In this document: one piece after another, positions 30,441 through 40,417 of the stretch
How the letters are laid out: each line of letters starts with the position of its first letter
Numbering within the stretch: the first letter of the stretch is position 1
DNA from: Thermoplasmatales archaeon SM1-50
GTDB lineage: Archaea > Thermoplasmatota > E2 > DHVEG-1
Assembly (NCBI GenBank): GCA_001595945.1
Contig: LSSI01000015.1
Coordinates: 1-59,889, forward strand
Length of the DNA stretch: 59,889 nt
Direction: 5' to 3'
The notes under the pieces: generated by a model
The model's database searches: none
What the model was told of the DNA's origin: nothing
The model's input: only the letters and a program-made list of their open reading frames with translations
Position numbers and translations under genes: made by a program

Positions 30441-32033
30441 TTAGTATTGTAAGAGATGCTGTAGTAGGGGGAATGCATGAGGGAATCTCTCAAGTAATCT
30501 CATCAAAAATTGAATGTATGGAATGTTGTATGAGCATGGCATTGTCACTGAAAATGTTGTCCAGTCACCTTCCGCACCTAGCCCATCTTTCGCTTTCGCT
30601 CTAATTACATAAGTTCCTTTTTCAAACCATGTATGCCCCACTACGACTTCTTCCCCAGAACTATATGAACCGATCCATCCGCTGTTTATGTCGTCTCCCC
30701 AATCTATCCAGTAATAGACATCGTCTCCCTCCAGGTCAATAGTATTAAATGTGAAATGGTATTCTATTCCTGGTTTTCCCTTGGAATCACCATTGATTGT
30801 TGGTTTATTAGGTGGAGTATTTGTTCCTTGTAATTTTATTAATAACACATCAACAGCAGCAAGGTTGTATTTACCAGTTTCACCTGTTATTATATATCCC
30901 CCATCATTTGTTTGGATTCCATACGACCCTGAGTCTGTTTCTCCATTATGATCAATAATGTAGCTCCATTCTTCATTTCCATTTTCATCAGTTTTAATCA
31001 TGTATAACTCAAGATCCTCATGAACCGGATCTGTATAATCACCGGTTATGAAATACCCATCATCTGCAGTTTGTACAATACTTTTTCCTTGATCCCAATT
31101 ACTTCCCCCAAATGTTGAATTCCATAGTTCATTTCCATTAGAATCAGTTTTTATCAACCAGACATCATCATTTCCCATACTAAATGAACTGGTTCCTCCT
31201 GTAATGATGTATCCACCATCCAAGGTTTGTTGAACATATTTACCAGTATCTAAATACATACCACCAAATGATTTATTCCATAATTCGTTTCCATTCGCAT
31301 CTGTTTTAATCAACCAGATATCTCCATTGCCACCAGAATCAAAAGAATGGGTCGATCCAGCAATAATATATCCCCCATCAGAAGTTTGTTGGACACAATC
31401 CCCGCCGTCAAGCCCATTTCCTCCAAAGGTTTGAATCCATTCGTCCACTCCAACTGCATTCAACTTGATAAGCCATACATCACTACTGCCAGCACCATAT
31501 GAACCTGTCCATCCTGTTAGAATATACCCTTCATCAGTTGTTTGTTGAACAGATAAACTATCATCATAATAATTAAAGAGACCAAGTGTGCGTGTCCAGG
31601 TAAAGGCACCACTGGAATCTGTTTTTAAAATATAGGCATCGAAATGATAGTTATAACCTGTAAATCCTGCAATAATATATCCTCCATCAGAAGATGGTTG
31701 TATATATTGACCGACATTTTCATAGGGTATGATTCCATACTGTTGCTGCCATTCTATATTCCCCATAGCATCAATTTTCAATAAATAGATATACCCCTGA
31801 CAAGGCGTGTAAACATACCTATCACAAGCTCCCGATAAGATGTATCCTCCATCAGAAGTTTGCTGCACGCACCGCCCCCAATCAACTAGCTCTCGCCCAT
31901 ATGTTTTTTCCCACTCAATAGGTGGTTGTAACGTGAAATTTCCAGGTTTTTGTGTATCAATACTTGATACAGGAATAACAGTAGCTGCAATTAAAATTGT
32001 ATATATCAATATTCCAAATATTTTCTTTTTCAA
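30441..32033 (-). CDS. Secreted 7-repeat beta-propeller-like protein + PKD + FPNAFP tail
   Basis: Seven QQTxDGGY repeats, YWIDWGDD PKD and LERFPHAFPLLQHLLQY. Probable TTG start at 32033. Confidence 0.88.
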   Translation of the reverse strand: MKKKIFGILIYTILIAATVIPVSSIDTQKPGNFTLQPPIEWEKTYGRELVDWGRCVQQTSDGGYILSGACDRYVYTPCQGYIYLLKIDAMGNIEWQQQYGIIPYENVGQYIQPSSDGGYIIAGFTGYNYHFDAYILKTDSSGAFTWTRTLGLFNYYDDSLSVQQTTDEGYILTGWTGSYGAGSSDVWLIKLNAVGVDEWIQTFGGNGLDGGDCVQQTSDGGYIIAGSTHSFDSGGNGDIWLIKTDANGNELWNKSFGGMYLDTGKYVQQTLDGGYIITGGTSSFSMGNDDVWLIKTDSNGNELWNSTFGGSNWDQGKSIVQTADDGYFITGDYTDPVHEDLELYMIKTDENGNEEWSYIIDHNGETDSGSYGIQTNDGGYIITGETGKYNLAAVDVLLIKLQGTNTPPNKPTINGDSKGKPGIEYHFTFNTIDLEGDDVYYWIDWGDDINSGWIGSYSSGEEVVVGHTWFEKGTYVIRAKAKDGLGAEGDWTTFSVTMPCSYNIPYIQFLMRLLERFPHAFPLLQHLLQY

Positions 32034-32215
32034 AGGATTTCCACCCATACTTGTCTATTTATTGATAACTATATTAGATTTTATCTTACATAATTGTACA
32101 AATTTTTAATTTAACTCTCAATAATTTATAAATGCACAATATTTATTTTTTCCAAACATTTAAATGAAATAAAATCATAATAATTTCTAATCTGATTTTC
32201 AGGAGGAGGAAGAAA

Positions 32216-33472
32216 ATGAGAAACATAATTGGGAGAGGAGTTATCTTTGGAATAGTATTTTTATTTATTGGAATTTGTATCCCACCAAATTTCAGTATTA
32301 CTCTAGAAGATATCGATCACTTACCTGTAATTATTGATGATGAGTTTGACAGTAAAATTGCAGAATTAATGAAAAAAGGCCATATGCCTTCTTTGGTCGC
32401 TTGTATTATTAAAGACAATACCACGGTATGGTCAAAAGCATACGGATACTTGGATTATTATAAAAGAATAAATGCTACAATAGACACTGTATATCCAATC
32501 GCTTCAGTCACTAAATCAGTAACAGCAACTGCAATTATGCAAATCATTGAAAACGAATCATATAATGTAGATCTTGATGATAATGTAAGTGAATATTTAC
32601 CTTTCGATTTAAAAAATCCGAGATATCCAAACGTGAATATCTCTTTTCGTATATTGCTTGCACATCAATCTAGCCTTGGTGACTCGACTATTAGATTCAT
32701 CTTACTTTTCACCCTATTAAAAATTCCATTCAATCTAATCACGTTTCAGCACTATCTTGTCAAGGGCGGAGTATTGTATCATCCAAAAGTGTGGAATGAT
32801 TATCGCCCTGGAGAAGGTGTGTGTTATACCACGCAAGGAATTGACATCCTAGGTTTATTAATTGAGCAAATCACGAATCAATCCTATTCAGATTATTGTC
32901 AAAATCATATATTCAAACCATTAAAAATGTTTAATACTAGTTTTTATTTTTCTGATATTACTAGAGCGCAACTTGTATGTCTATACATTTGGATGGCTGG
33001 ATTTTACCTTAAACAACCTTATATTCAAACGAGTAATCTTGCGGGAGGGGGGTTGAAAACTACTCTTTCCGATTTTTCGCATTTTTTAATTATGCATACG
33101 AGCGGGGGTATGTATGATGGGGTTAGAATTTTAAGTGAAGAATCTGTTGAAGAGATGCATCGTGCTCAATATCCAGGATATTATGATGGAGGTTTTCTTT
33201 ATGGACTTGGTTGGTATCAACGAACTATAGAGAATGAAACATATGGTGGACATGCTGGTAATTGGAGAGGCGCACGAGCTCAAATGAAAATGCGGTATTC
33301 CGATAAAGTTGGTATTCTTTTCTTCTGGAATCAGAATTCGTTTTTAAAGATGCATTTAAATCAAACTCGCCCTGAAGAGAGAGAAGCCGTAAAAAATATC
33401 GAGAAAGCTTTATTTGAAAAATCTGATGAATTCCAACTAACCTCTTGCATAGAGACGGATAATTTCCCTTAA
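32216..33472 (+). CDS. Secreted serine hydrolase, beta-lactamase class C / peptidase S12 family
   Basis: IASVTK (SxxK), LLAHQSSL, YTT at the YxN position, AGGL, YGLGW, GHAG. Confidence 0.9.
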   Translation: MRNIIGRGVIFGIVFLFIGICIPPNFSITLEDIDHLPVIIDDEFDSKIAELMKKGHMPSLVACIIKDNTTVWSKAYGYLDYYKRINATIDTVYPIASVTKSVTATAIMQIIENESYNVDLDDNVSEYLPFDLKNPRYPNVNISFRILLAHQSSLGDSTIRFILLFTLLKIPFNLITFQHYLVKGGVLYHPKVWNDYRPGEGVCYTTQGIDILGLLIEQITNQSYSDYCQNHIFKPLKMFNTSFYFSDITRAQLVCLYIWMAGFYLKQPYIQTSNLAGGGLKTTLSDFSHFLIMHTSGGMYDGVRILSEESVEEMHRAQYPGYYDGGFLYGLGWYQRTIENETYGGHAGNWRGARAQMKMRYSDKVGILFFWNQNSFLKMHLNQTRPEEREAVKNIEKALFEKSDEFQLTSCIETDNFP

Positions 33473-33630
33473 CGATTTTCATCTTCTATGATGATGTAGA
33501 CGATTAAGTAATAATTGAGAAAAAAATTTCAATCAAAGTGTGGAATATTTGTTTTATTATACTTTTATTTGATAATAGAAAATAAACAAAAAAAAAACCG
33601 TTTCGGGAAACCTAAGTAATGTCATCTAAG

Positions 33631-33789
33631 TCACATATAATTCTTATCAAGAATTTTCATCCCAAACACCTCTTTAGGTGGTGGTTCTGTCTTCCAATAC
33701 ATCGCAAATTCAATGACATGATTATAAATAGGATAGCTGAACTTATGACTTCTTGTAATATCAGCTAATTTCAACTGCGTTCTACTTCC
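33631..33789 (-). pseudogene. Start-less coding fragment
   Basis: 52-codon open stretch GSRTQLKLADITRSHKFSYPIYNHVIEFAMYWKTEPPPKEVFGMKILDKNYM* looks protein-like. The family was not recognised. Confidence 0.3.
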
Positions 33790-33935
33790 CTAAAGGTAAA
33801 AAGCAAAACTAGCTTTCCACTAACAAATATAAAATCCATATTACCTGATCATCATAAATTGACAATCAAACTAAGGCATACAAAAAGTTTATATTTTAGT
33901 AGTTGTATGTTAAATTATAAAATGGAGGAGAATGA

Positions 33936-35018
33936 ATGAAAAAATTAAAATACGCTAGAGTAGGAATCATTGTAATGACGCTTATATTGTCAATTGCAAG
34001 TTCCTTCGGTAGTTTGGTTGGAGATAGTAACAATGCTGAAATGTTTTGGGAACATCCTGTTTCACAAGGACCTATACTAGAGGTTACGACAGACAAAACT
34101 GTGTATAATGTAAGTGAGCCAGTAATTATATTTTTAACAAATATCGGGGACGAGACATTAAGTGCCGGTGGCCCAACCATTACTATATATAACGAGGACG
34201 AGGAAATTGTTTACCAAGAAGCTACATATTGTTGGTATGAACTTGATCCTGGGGAATATATAGAGTGGCCGCCTTGGACTCAAACAAATCAACAGGGACA
34301 GCAGGTTCCTGTTGGTAAGTATGTGGTTGAAGGGTTTCTCTCTGGTGGTGATGAAAACTATGTTGACACTGCGACATTCTATATCATAAATTATGAGCCA
34401 CCAGGTCCACCCTATGGTCCTAATGAAGGTACTGTAGGAGAAGAATATACCTTCTGCTTTGATCTACCGATGAATCCAGAATGTGAGCCCTATTATATCA
34501 TATGGGACTGGGGAGACGGTTCGTTAAGTGAGTGGAGTGGACCGTATACCGCAGGACTGACAGTCTGTGAAACTCATTCATGGGACGAACCAGGAAATTA
34601 TGAAATAAAGATTGGTTTAAAAGATGGTGTTGATAACGAGTACTGGTCAGACCCGTTGATAATAACAATCCATCCTGCTCCTGGTCCTAAATTAGAAATT
34701 GTGAAAATACGCGGTGGATTAGGCATCAGAACGTATATTAAAAATATTGGAAACGAAACCCCTAATAAGGTGTATTTTTGGCTTGAGCACGGTGGAGGTA
34801 TTTTTGTACGACTCCATAGACATGGCACCTCGCTTGATCCGATACGACCTGGAGAAACAGTAGTCTATTGGACTAAACTAGGAAGATTTGGTATATCATT
34901 TGGTTTTTTAACAGAACCATCTTGGTTTACAATAACTATTGAGGTAGAACAAGATCAAGTTTCCGATGTTGAATCATTCAATGCTTTGGTGTTTGGTCCG
35001 TTTGTATCCATCCAATAA
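33936..35018 (+). CDS. Secreted multi-Ig protein (BsuPI-like + PKD + C-terminal Ig-like module)
   Basis: LEVTTDKTVYNVSEPVIIFLTN, YIIWDWGDG, GGLGIRTYIKNIG...LVFGPFVSIQ. Confidence 0.82.
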   Translation: MKKLKYARVGIIVMTLILSIASSFGSLVGDSNNAEMFWEHPVSQGPILEVTTDKTVYNVSEPVIIFLTNIGDETLSAGGPTITIYNEDEEIVYQEATYCWYELDPGEYIEWPPWTQTNQQGQQVPVGKYVVEGFLSGGDENYVDTATFYIINYEPPGPPYGPNEGTVGEEYTFCFDLPMNPECEPYYIIWDWGDGSLSEWSGPYTAGLTVCETHSWDEPGNYEIKIGLKDGVDNEYWSDPLIITIHPAPGPKLEIVKIRGGLGIRTYIKNIGNETPNKVYFWLEHGGGIFVRLHRHGTSLDPIRPGETVVYWTKLGRFGISFGFLTEPSWFTITIEVEQDQVSDVESFNALVFGPFVSIQ

Positions 35019-35793
35019 AATCTAGAAAATAGGATTATTTCAAATAGATAATATTTCGTTAACAACGAAATAAGATTAGATTATTTTGTCTTAGGACCGC
35101 GTTGGGATCTGTAAAATCTCAATACCTGTCAAAGCTTATGTTAACGGCTATAAATTAGCCATATATGAGAGTTTAGGTTGGTCGTATTTCTCATTATCAG
35201 TGATAATAGTATACCCCTCAAAATATTCCATTTTTTTCTAACTTTAAACGAGTCTCCAGGTCTTTTGCCGTGAGAAAACACACTGTTAGGATAGATCGTT
35301 TAAGTTTGCATTTGGAGTTTTTTGCATCTATACTAGGATCCGCTTTTCATATTTCTTCTTCTGTTCTCTACTTGTTTTTACTCTGATTCTTCATTAATAC
35401 ACGTAGATCGCATTTTTATTAGAAATATTATGAGGAAAAATGGGAAACCTTCATCTACGAGAAAAAATCATGATATTATGATAAAAGCTACCATGATCCG
35501 CATTTTTTATTCTTTTTCCTATATCAATTTCGAAAAAAAGCCATTCTCATATTGAGCCTTTGAAAAATCATGTCAATGTTTTTCCAAATAGCACATACTC
35601 TTACACATAAAATAAAAGATCAAACGTCAAGTTCAAATCTCTTTTTTTTCTATACGGTAGTTCCATTAGAATAAAAACATTAAGGACGATTCTGACTCCT
35701 ATTTACTATAAAAAATTAATTGTTACGTTTAACTGATAAAAAGCATAGATTTATGAGCAATTAGTTAATTTTGGAATTGAAAATGGGAATAAA

Positions 35794-36303
35794 ATGACTA
35801 AGAAAAATTACTCTTGGAAAGAAATCATCCCATCAACTATAGTAACTCTGCTCTTTATATCGCAAATCATAATAGGCATATATTTACTATCAGAAATTTC
35901 ACAAAATAAATTTTTAGCGTATACCGGTGTCGGACTTTACATTTTTTCAGGATTGATTTTTGGCATGCTCCCCGTCTTTGAATTTCGTAAAAAAGGAAGT
36001 GTAAAAAAGGGAAAAAGTTATATCCATACAACAAAACTTGTTGATACCGGTATTTATGCCATAGTTCGTCATCCTCAATATATTACCTGGATGTGGTGGG
36101 CTATTGCTGGAATGTTTCTTTTTCAACATTGGATTGTCATTTGTTTGGGGATTCCTATTATTCCTCTTACCTATATTGATCTATTAAATGCAGATAAAAA
36201 TGGACTTCAAAAATTTGGGGAAGAGTATAAAAGATATATGGAAAAGGTCCCAAGAGCGAATTTTCTTCTTGGAATCATCCGATTACTTCAACATAGGATG
36301 TGA
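35794..36303 (+). CDS. Isoprenylcysteine carboxyl methyltransferase / PEMT-family membrane methyltransferase
   Basis: LVDTGIYAIVRHPQY and FGEEYKRYMEKVPR. Confidence 0.88.
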   Translation: MTKKNYSWKEIIPSTIVTLLFISQIIIGIYLLSEISQNKFLAYTGVGLYIFSGLIFGMLPVFEFRKKGSVKKGKSYIHTTKLVDTGIYAIVRHPQYITWMWWAIAGMFLFQHWIVICLGIPIIPLTYIDLLNADKNGLQKFGEEYKRYMEKVPRANFLLGIIRLLQHRM

Positions 36304-36309
36304 AATGAA

Positions 36310-36981
36310 ATGTCAAGTTTGTATGAATATAGAATTGAAAAAGATCACATCCGTGAGCATTTAAACAAATACACAAAGAAAGCATTTTCACTACTTCCAA
36401 AATATCAAACCCCTATTATCTTAGATATCGGATGCGGAACTGGAGTTGCAACAGTTGAATTAGCAAAACTCTCAAAGGGACACATTACCGGAATAGATAT
36501 TGACGAAACATCATTAAATATACTTCAACGAAAAATAAAGGAAAAAGGATTAGAAAATCAGATAAGTATTATCAAAGATTCAATCCTAACATTGGATTTT
36601 CCGGAAGAAAGCTTTGACATCATCTGGGCAGAAGGATCACTCTTTGTCCTTGGTTACGAAAATAGTCTAAAAAAATGGCGTCGTTTTTTAAAACCAAATG
36701 GATTTTTAGTAACTCACGATGAAAACAGAGACATCTCTAAAAAACTTGAGGTTATATCAAAATATGGGTTTACATATATAAGTCATTTTCTGATCTTAGA
36801 TCGTCTCTGGTGGATTGAATATTATATTCCTTTAGAACGCCTTATTCAAGAGTTTCAGTCGAAGTATCCGAACGACCCCGAGCTAAGAAATGAGCTACAA
36901 AGAGATCTGATAGAAATCGATAACTGTAAATCAAAGACTGTTGTGTGTAGTTCATTTTTTGCCGTACTTCAAAAAATCTAG
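36310..36981 (+). CDS. Class I SAM-dependent methyltransferase
   Basis: ILDIGCGTG, ITGIDI, FDIIWAEGS, LKPNG. Confidence 0.9.
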   Translation: MSSLYEYRIEKDHIREHLNKYTKKAFSLLPKYQTPIILDIGCGTGVATVELAKLSKGHITGIDIDETSLNILQRKIKEKGLENQISIIKDSILTLDFPEESFDIIWAEGSLFVLGYENSLKKWRRFLKPNGFLVTHDENRDISKKLEVISKYGFTYISHFLILDRLWWIEYYIPLERLIQEFQSKYPNDPELRNELQRDLIEIDNCKSKTVVCSSFFAVLQKI

Positions 36982-37021
36982 TGTTGTTCCAAAGATATTC
37001 TTAGATTTATGAAAAGATACC

Positions 37022-37542
37022 TTACGGTTTCGAATGGATTCGAATTACTAGAAACTATTTTGATACACGATTTTGATAGGAGAGATACTCGTTCCCAAGT
37101 ATTTTTATTAACTTTTTTATTCGTATGTTGCCATCTTATCATATACAATGAAAAATATGGTCCAAATTCCTAGCGAGAGAAGTGAAGTCATCAAGAAAAA
37201 GAAGCCTAAGCAAAACAAGAGTATTCCAAGATACATGGGATGTCTAACCCATGAGTATACACCAGAATCAATGAGTTTTTGATGTTCATTTGATCCGCAG
37301 AAAATTACCCTATGAGATTTTGCGATAAGATAAAAACTTACAGCAAAAAATAACATCGCTGGAAGAATAAGAAGAGGGAACGATATTATTTCAACTATAA
37401 TGGTTGAATAATTAAAAATAAAAAGACTTATGGAATCTATTCCCCAGACTAGGAAAAACAAGAAAATCAGTAGTTATTGTATCTTATCATATAGTGGATG
37501 TTCAGAACCTAAACCAAATCGTTTTTCTGAAATTTTACTCAC
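37022..37542 (-). pseudogene. Decayed ICMT/PEMT-family methyltransferase
   Basis: GTG 37542 SKISEKRFGLGSEHPLYDKIQ*LL...RHPMYLG...ATYE*K, then a frameshift, then LIKILGNEYLSYQNRVSK*F. Three nonsense codons and one frameshift. Confidence 0.8.
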
Positions 37543-38146
37543 AACCTTTACAATTTATAATCTTTTAAAACTTCTTAATTCTATTACTCATTCTTATCGA
37601 ACTCAGATCAACAGATGTTTATCAGTTTAACAGATTTATAAACCCAACATCGACATAACTTATCAATTTTCAAAAATCAGGGTTTAAATACTCTTTTTTT
37701 TCTCTCCAATTTGTGGCTATTAGTTCTGTTTTTAGAGAATTGGGGAATTGAACAAGCGTGGAAGGGATTTTGAATCTCTGAGAACAATGTTTCTCAAGAA
37801 CATATGTAGGTAATCTTAAATGTTCGGTAGTTATTCCAATAGGATACTAACATGAATTTACTAATAAATCGGAGCAGAGAGCATTTTTTTAATTATGTAT
37901 TATCTCTGTTCTAAAAACAATAAAATTATGTGGGGAGGGAGATAAGGTCCATATTCATTAATAAAAATATAATTTAAAATTAAAATCTATATTGTTTTAT
38001 TTTCTAATAATAAAATCACATTATTTAATGAATCTTAATAACTGCCACAGGACAAATTTTTTCACAACCCTTTAATTTATTACATTTTTTTCATCAGTCA
38101 CTTTTCAAATATTGTCCTGAATGTAAAGTATTAAATAAAGAAAACG

Positions 38147-38428
38147 TTAGTGATGTTTAGATTTTTTATCGATTACCTCTCTTTCTACATGTAGGAACGG
38201 AAAATTATCAAGATATGTTGGATCTGGTGACTCAGGGTTAAAGGTGTTCCAAAGGACAAATCTCCCCCAGCGTTCAACGCTTAGCTCTATTTTAAGAAAA
38301 CATTCCTTACATAACAAATACTTGGCTCCCAACGTTGGATGAGAATGTCCTTCTAATAAGTGAAGATCCTTTCCGCATTTCACACATTTTCCTTTTTTCG
38401 ATTCATCAAATAATTTCGTGTTACTCAT
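38147..38428 (-). CDS. Small zinc-finger-like protein (paralog of 2223-2531)
   Basis: CVKCGKDLHLLEGHSHPTLGAKYLLCKEC...SVERW. Confidence 0.75.
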   Translation of the reverse strand: MSNTKLFDESKKGKCVKCGKDLHLLEGHSHPTLGAKYLLCKECFLKIELSVERWGRFVLWNTFNPESPDPTYLDNFPFLHVEREVIDKKSKHH

Positions 38429-38838
38429 TTCCTTCTTCCGCCCTATCATCTTTGCCTCTAATAAATACAAATGAAAGCATGATATTTAAAATTTATCATT
38501 ATTTTTAATAGTAAAAAAAGTGATAATAAATAAAAAAATATTCTTATTTTTATGTTTTCCTGGATGTTTGTTCCAAAAAAATATCCCTGAAACAAAGCAT
38601 AACTATATGAACATTTATCAAATTTGTAAGAATCAATCCTTGGTACAATCCTTCAGAAAAGTAAAAACCACTAAACAATAAATATCGGAAAATTATATGC
38701 ACCCTAAAATCGATTGTTCCTATTCTTATACTTGACAGGTAATACCAAAAGAAACATACTTATTTTATATAATTTATGTTTTTCTACATTATACAAATCT
38801 TTATGAGGAAAGAAAATTATAAACATCTGAGAGAGAAG

Positions 38839-40338
38839 ATGGCAAAGATTGTTTTAACGGCTGATGAAACCTTACTTTCAGGATACAACGGACATGTCTT
38901 CCTAGGATTTGCCGCTTGCGCACCAAAACTCCTACCTGAGTGGTTGTACACAAAAATCTTTTGCCCTCCACTAGACAAAAAAAGCGTTCGAATGACATAT
39001 GCTCATTGTGGGCAACGAAAAATCGAAGCGGCGTTACTTGCCAATGGATGCCAAGAGCAGGATATCGCGATTGTACACCCAAATAAACTACAACAGGTGG
39101 TAGATAAACAGACAAAAGTAATAGGAGTGACTACCCACGATCCATTAGGACTTGGACCCGCATCCACCATGTTTAGCAGTCTGGTGAATAAAGAGACTTA
39201 TACGGCGTTATTTTTCAAAAAACTAATGACTCATCCAGTTCTCCAACAACATCAATTCAAGGTAATCGTCGGAGGAGCAGGCGCATGGCAGCTTACCGAT
39301 GACCGTATCATGGCGAAATATGGAATCGATTGTGTCGTTGTTGGTGAAGGAGAAATCACCGCAGTGGATCTTATCGATAAAGCAATGAATGGGGATACTC
39401 TACCATCATTTGTACAAGGGGAAGTGGTACCACTTGAGCAAATACCTTTGATTCGATATCCCACGATAAATGGGCTTATCGAAATCTGCAGAGGCTGTGG
39501 ACGGGGATGCCGGTTTTGTACTCCAACCATGATGAACTATCGATCTCAGCCGTTACAAAACATTTTGCAGGAAGCAAAGGTAAATGTCGACGCTGGCAAC
39601 GGCGTCTTATTTCATGCAGAGGACGTCCTACGGTATCATACAAAAAGATTTATTCCTAATGAGGAAAAGGTTCTTCGGCTTTTTACAGAGGTAAAGAAAC
39701 TTACTGATCGTATTAGCATCAGTCATTTCACCCATGCCTCAGTTGCATCAAATCCAAATCTGATAGCACAGATTTCAGAGGAGTTAAACATAGGTTCAAA
39801 AAACCATCCGTTCATGAGTGGACAAGCAGGTATTGAGACCGGTTCAGTTCAGCTTGTCATACGACATATGAAAGGGAAAGCAAAACCATTTACTCCTGAG
39901 GAATGGCCTGAGATGATACTGCACTCCCATCAGATTCTTCAAGACCATCTCTGGGTCCCTGTGGATACCATAATCATGGGTCTTCCAGGAGAGTCATCAA
40001 AGGATGTACAAAAATCTATTGAGTTGGTTCAGAACCTCTCAGAGTTCAGATCATTGATTATACCATTATTTTTTGTTCCAATCGGAGCGCTTACAGAGGC
40101 TCATCGATTCTTTCGGACAAAGCATATGTACGCTGAACACTGGCAGTTGCTATCAGCATGTATCCGACATAGCATCAAATGGGCGCGTACCATGGCAGAT
40201 GAGAATCTTACAGCAGTACAGATGAACTGGTGGAAGAAAGCGGCGATAAAACAGGTTTTGCGTATCATCGACCGACGATTACATCCCTATTTACAAATGA
40301 TGGATGAAGGGATAAACCCACAGACGCAGAACACATAA
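38839..40338 (+). CDS. B12-binding-domain radical SAM protein, resembling GDGT ring synthase (Grs)-clade enzymes
   Basis: KIVLTADETL..Y.G..FLGFAACAP..LPEW...IFCP, DPLGLGP, VIVGGAGAWQL, VVGEGE, IEICRGCGRGCRFC, GIETGS. Radical SAM is secure; the Grs resemblance is from recalled sequence. Confidence 0.8.
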   Translation: MAKIVLTADETLLSGYNGHVFLGFAACAPKLLPEWLYTKIFCPPLDKKSVRMTYAHCGQRKIEAALLANGCQEQDIAIVHPNKLQQVVDKQTKVIGVTTHDPLGLGPASTMFSSLVNKETYTALFFKKLMTHPVLQQHQFKVIVGGAGAWQLTDDRIMAKYGIDCVVVGEGEITAVDLIDKAMNGDTLPSFVQGEVVPLEQIPLIRYPTINGLIEICRGCGRGCRFCTPTMMNYRSQPLQNILQEAKVNVDAGNGVLFHAEDVLRYHTKRFIPNEEKVLRLFTEVKKLTDRISISHFTHASVASNPNLIAQISEELNIGSKNHPFMSGQAGIETGSVQLVIRHMKGKAKPFTPEEWPEMILHSHQILQDHLWVPVDTIIMGLPGESSKDVQKSIELVQNLSEFRSLIIPLFFVPIGALTEAHRFFRTKHMYAEHWQLLSACIRHSIKWARTMADENLTAVQMNWWKKAAIKQVLRIIDRRLHPYLQMMDEGINPQTQNT

Positions 40339-40417
40339 TATTATCAAAAATACGAAAAAACAAGGTAACTGTTCTATTATCTGCTATTTTTCTACCCATG
40401 TTAATAGAGACCATGCG

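Noticed and set aside
35050-35620. Three imperfect GATCCGCATTTT-like repeats 69-89 nt apart (possible degenerate CRISPR) and broken minus-strand coding traces
   Set aside because: The repeats are short, unequal and irregularly spaced, no cas genes are present, and the coding traces are unidentifiable.
37756-37850. Minus-strand GAGATTCAAAATCCCTTCCACGC resembling a tRNA T-arm/acceptor 3' end (possible att scar)
   Set aside because: The T-stem is mispaired, there is no matching 5' acceptor strand, and no integrase is nearby.
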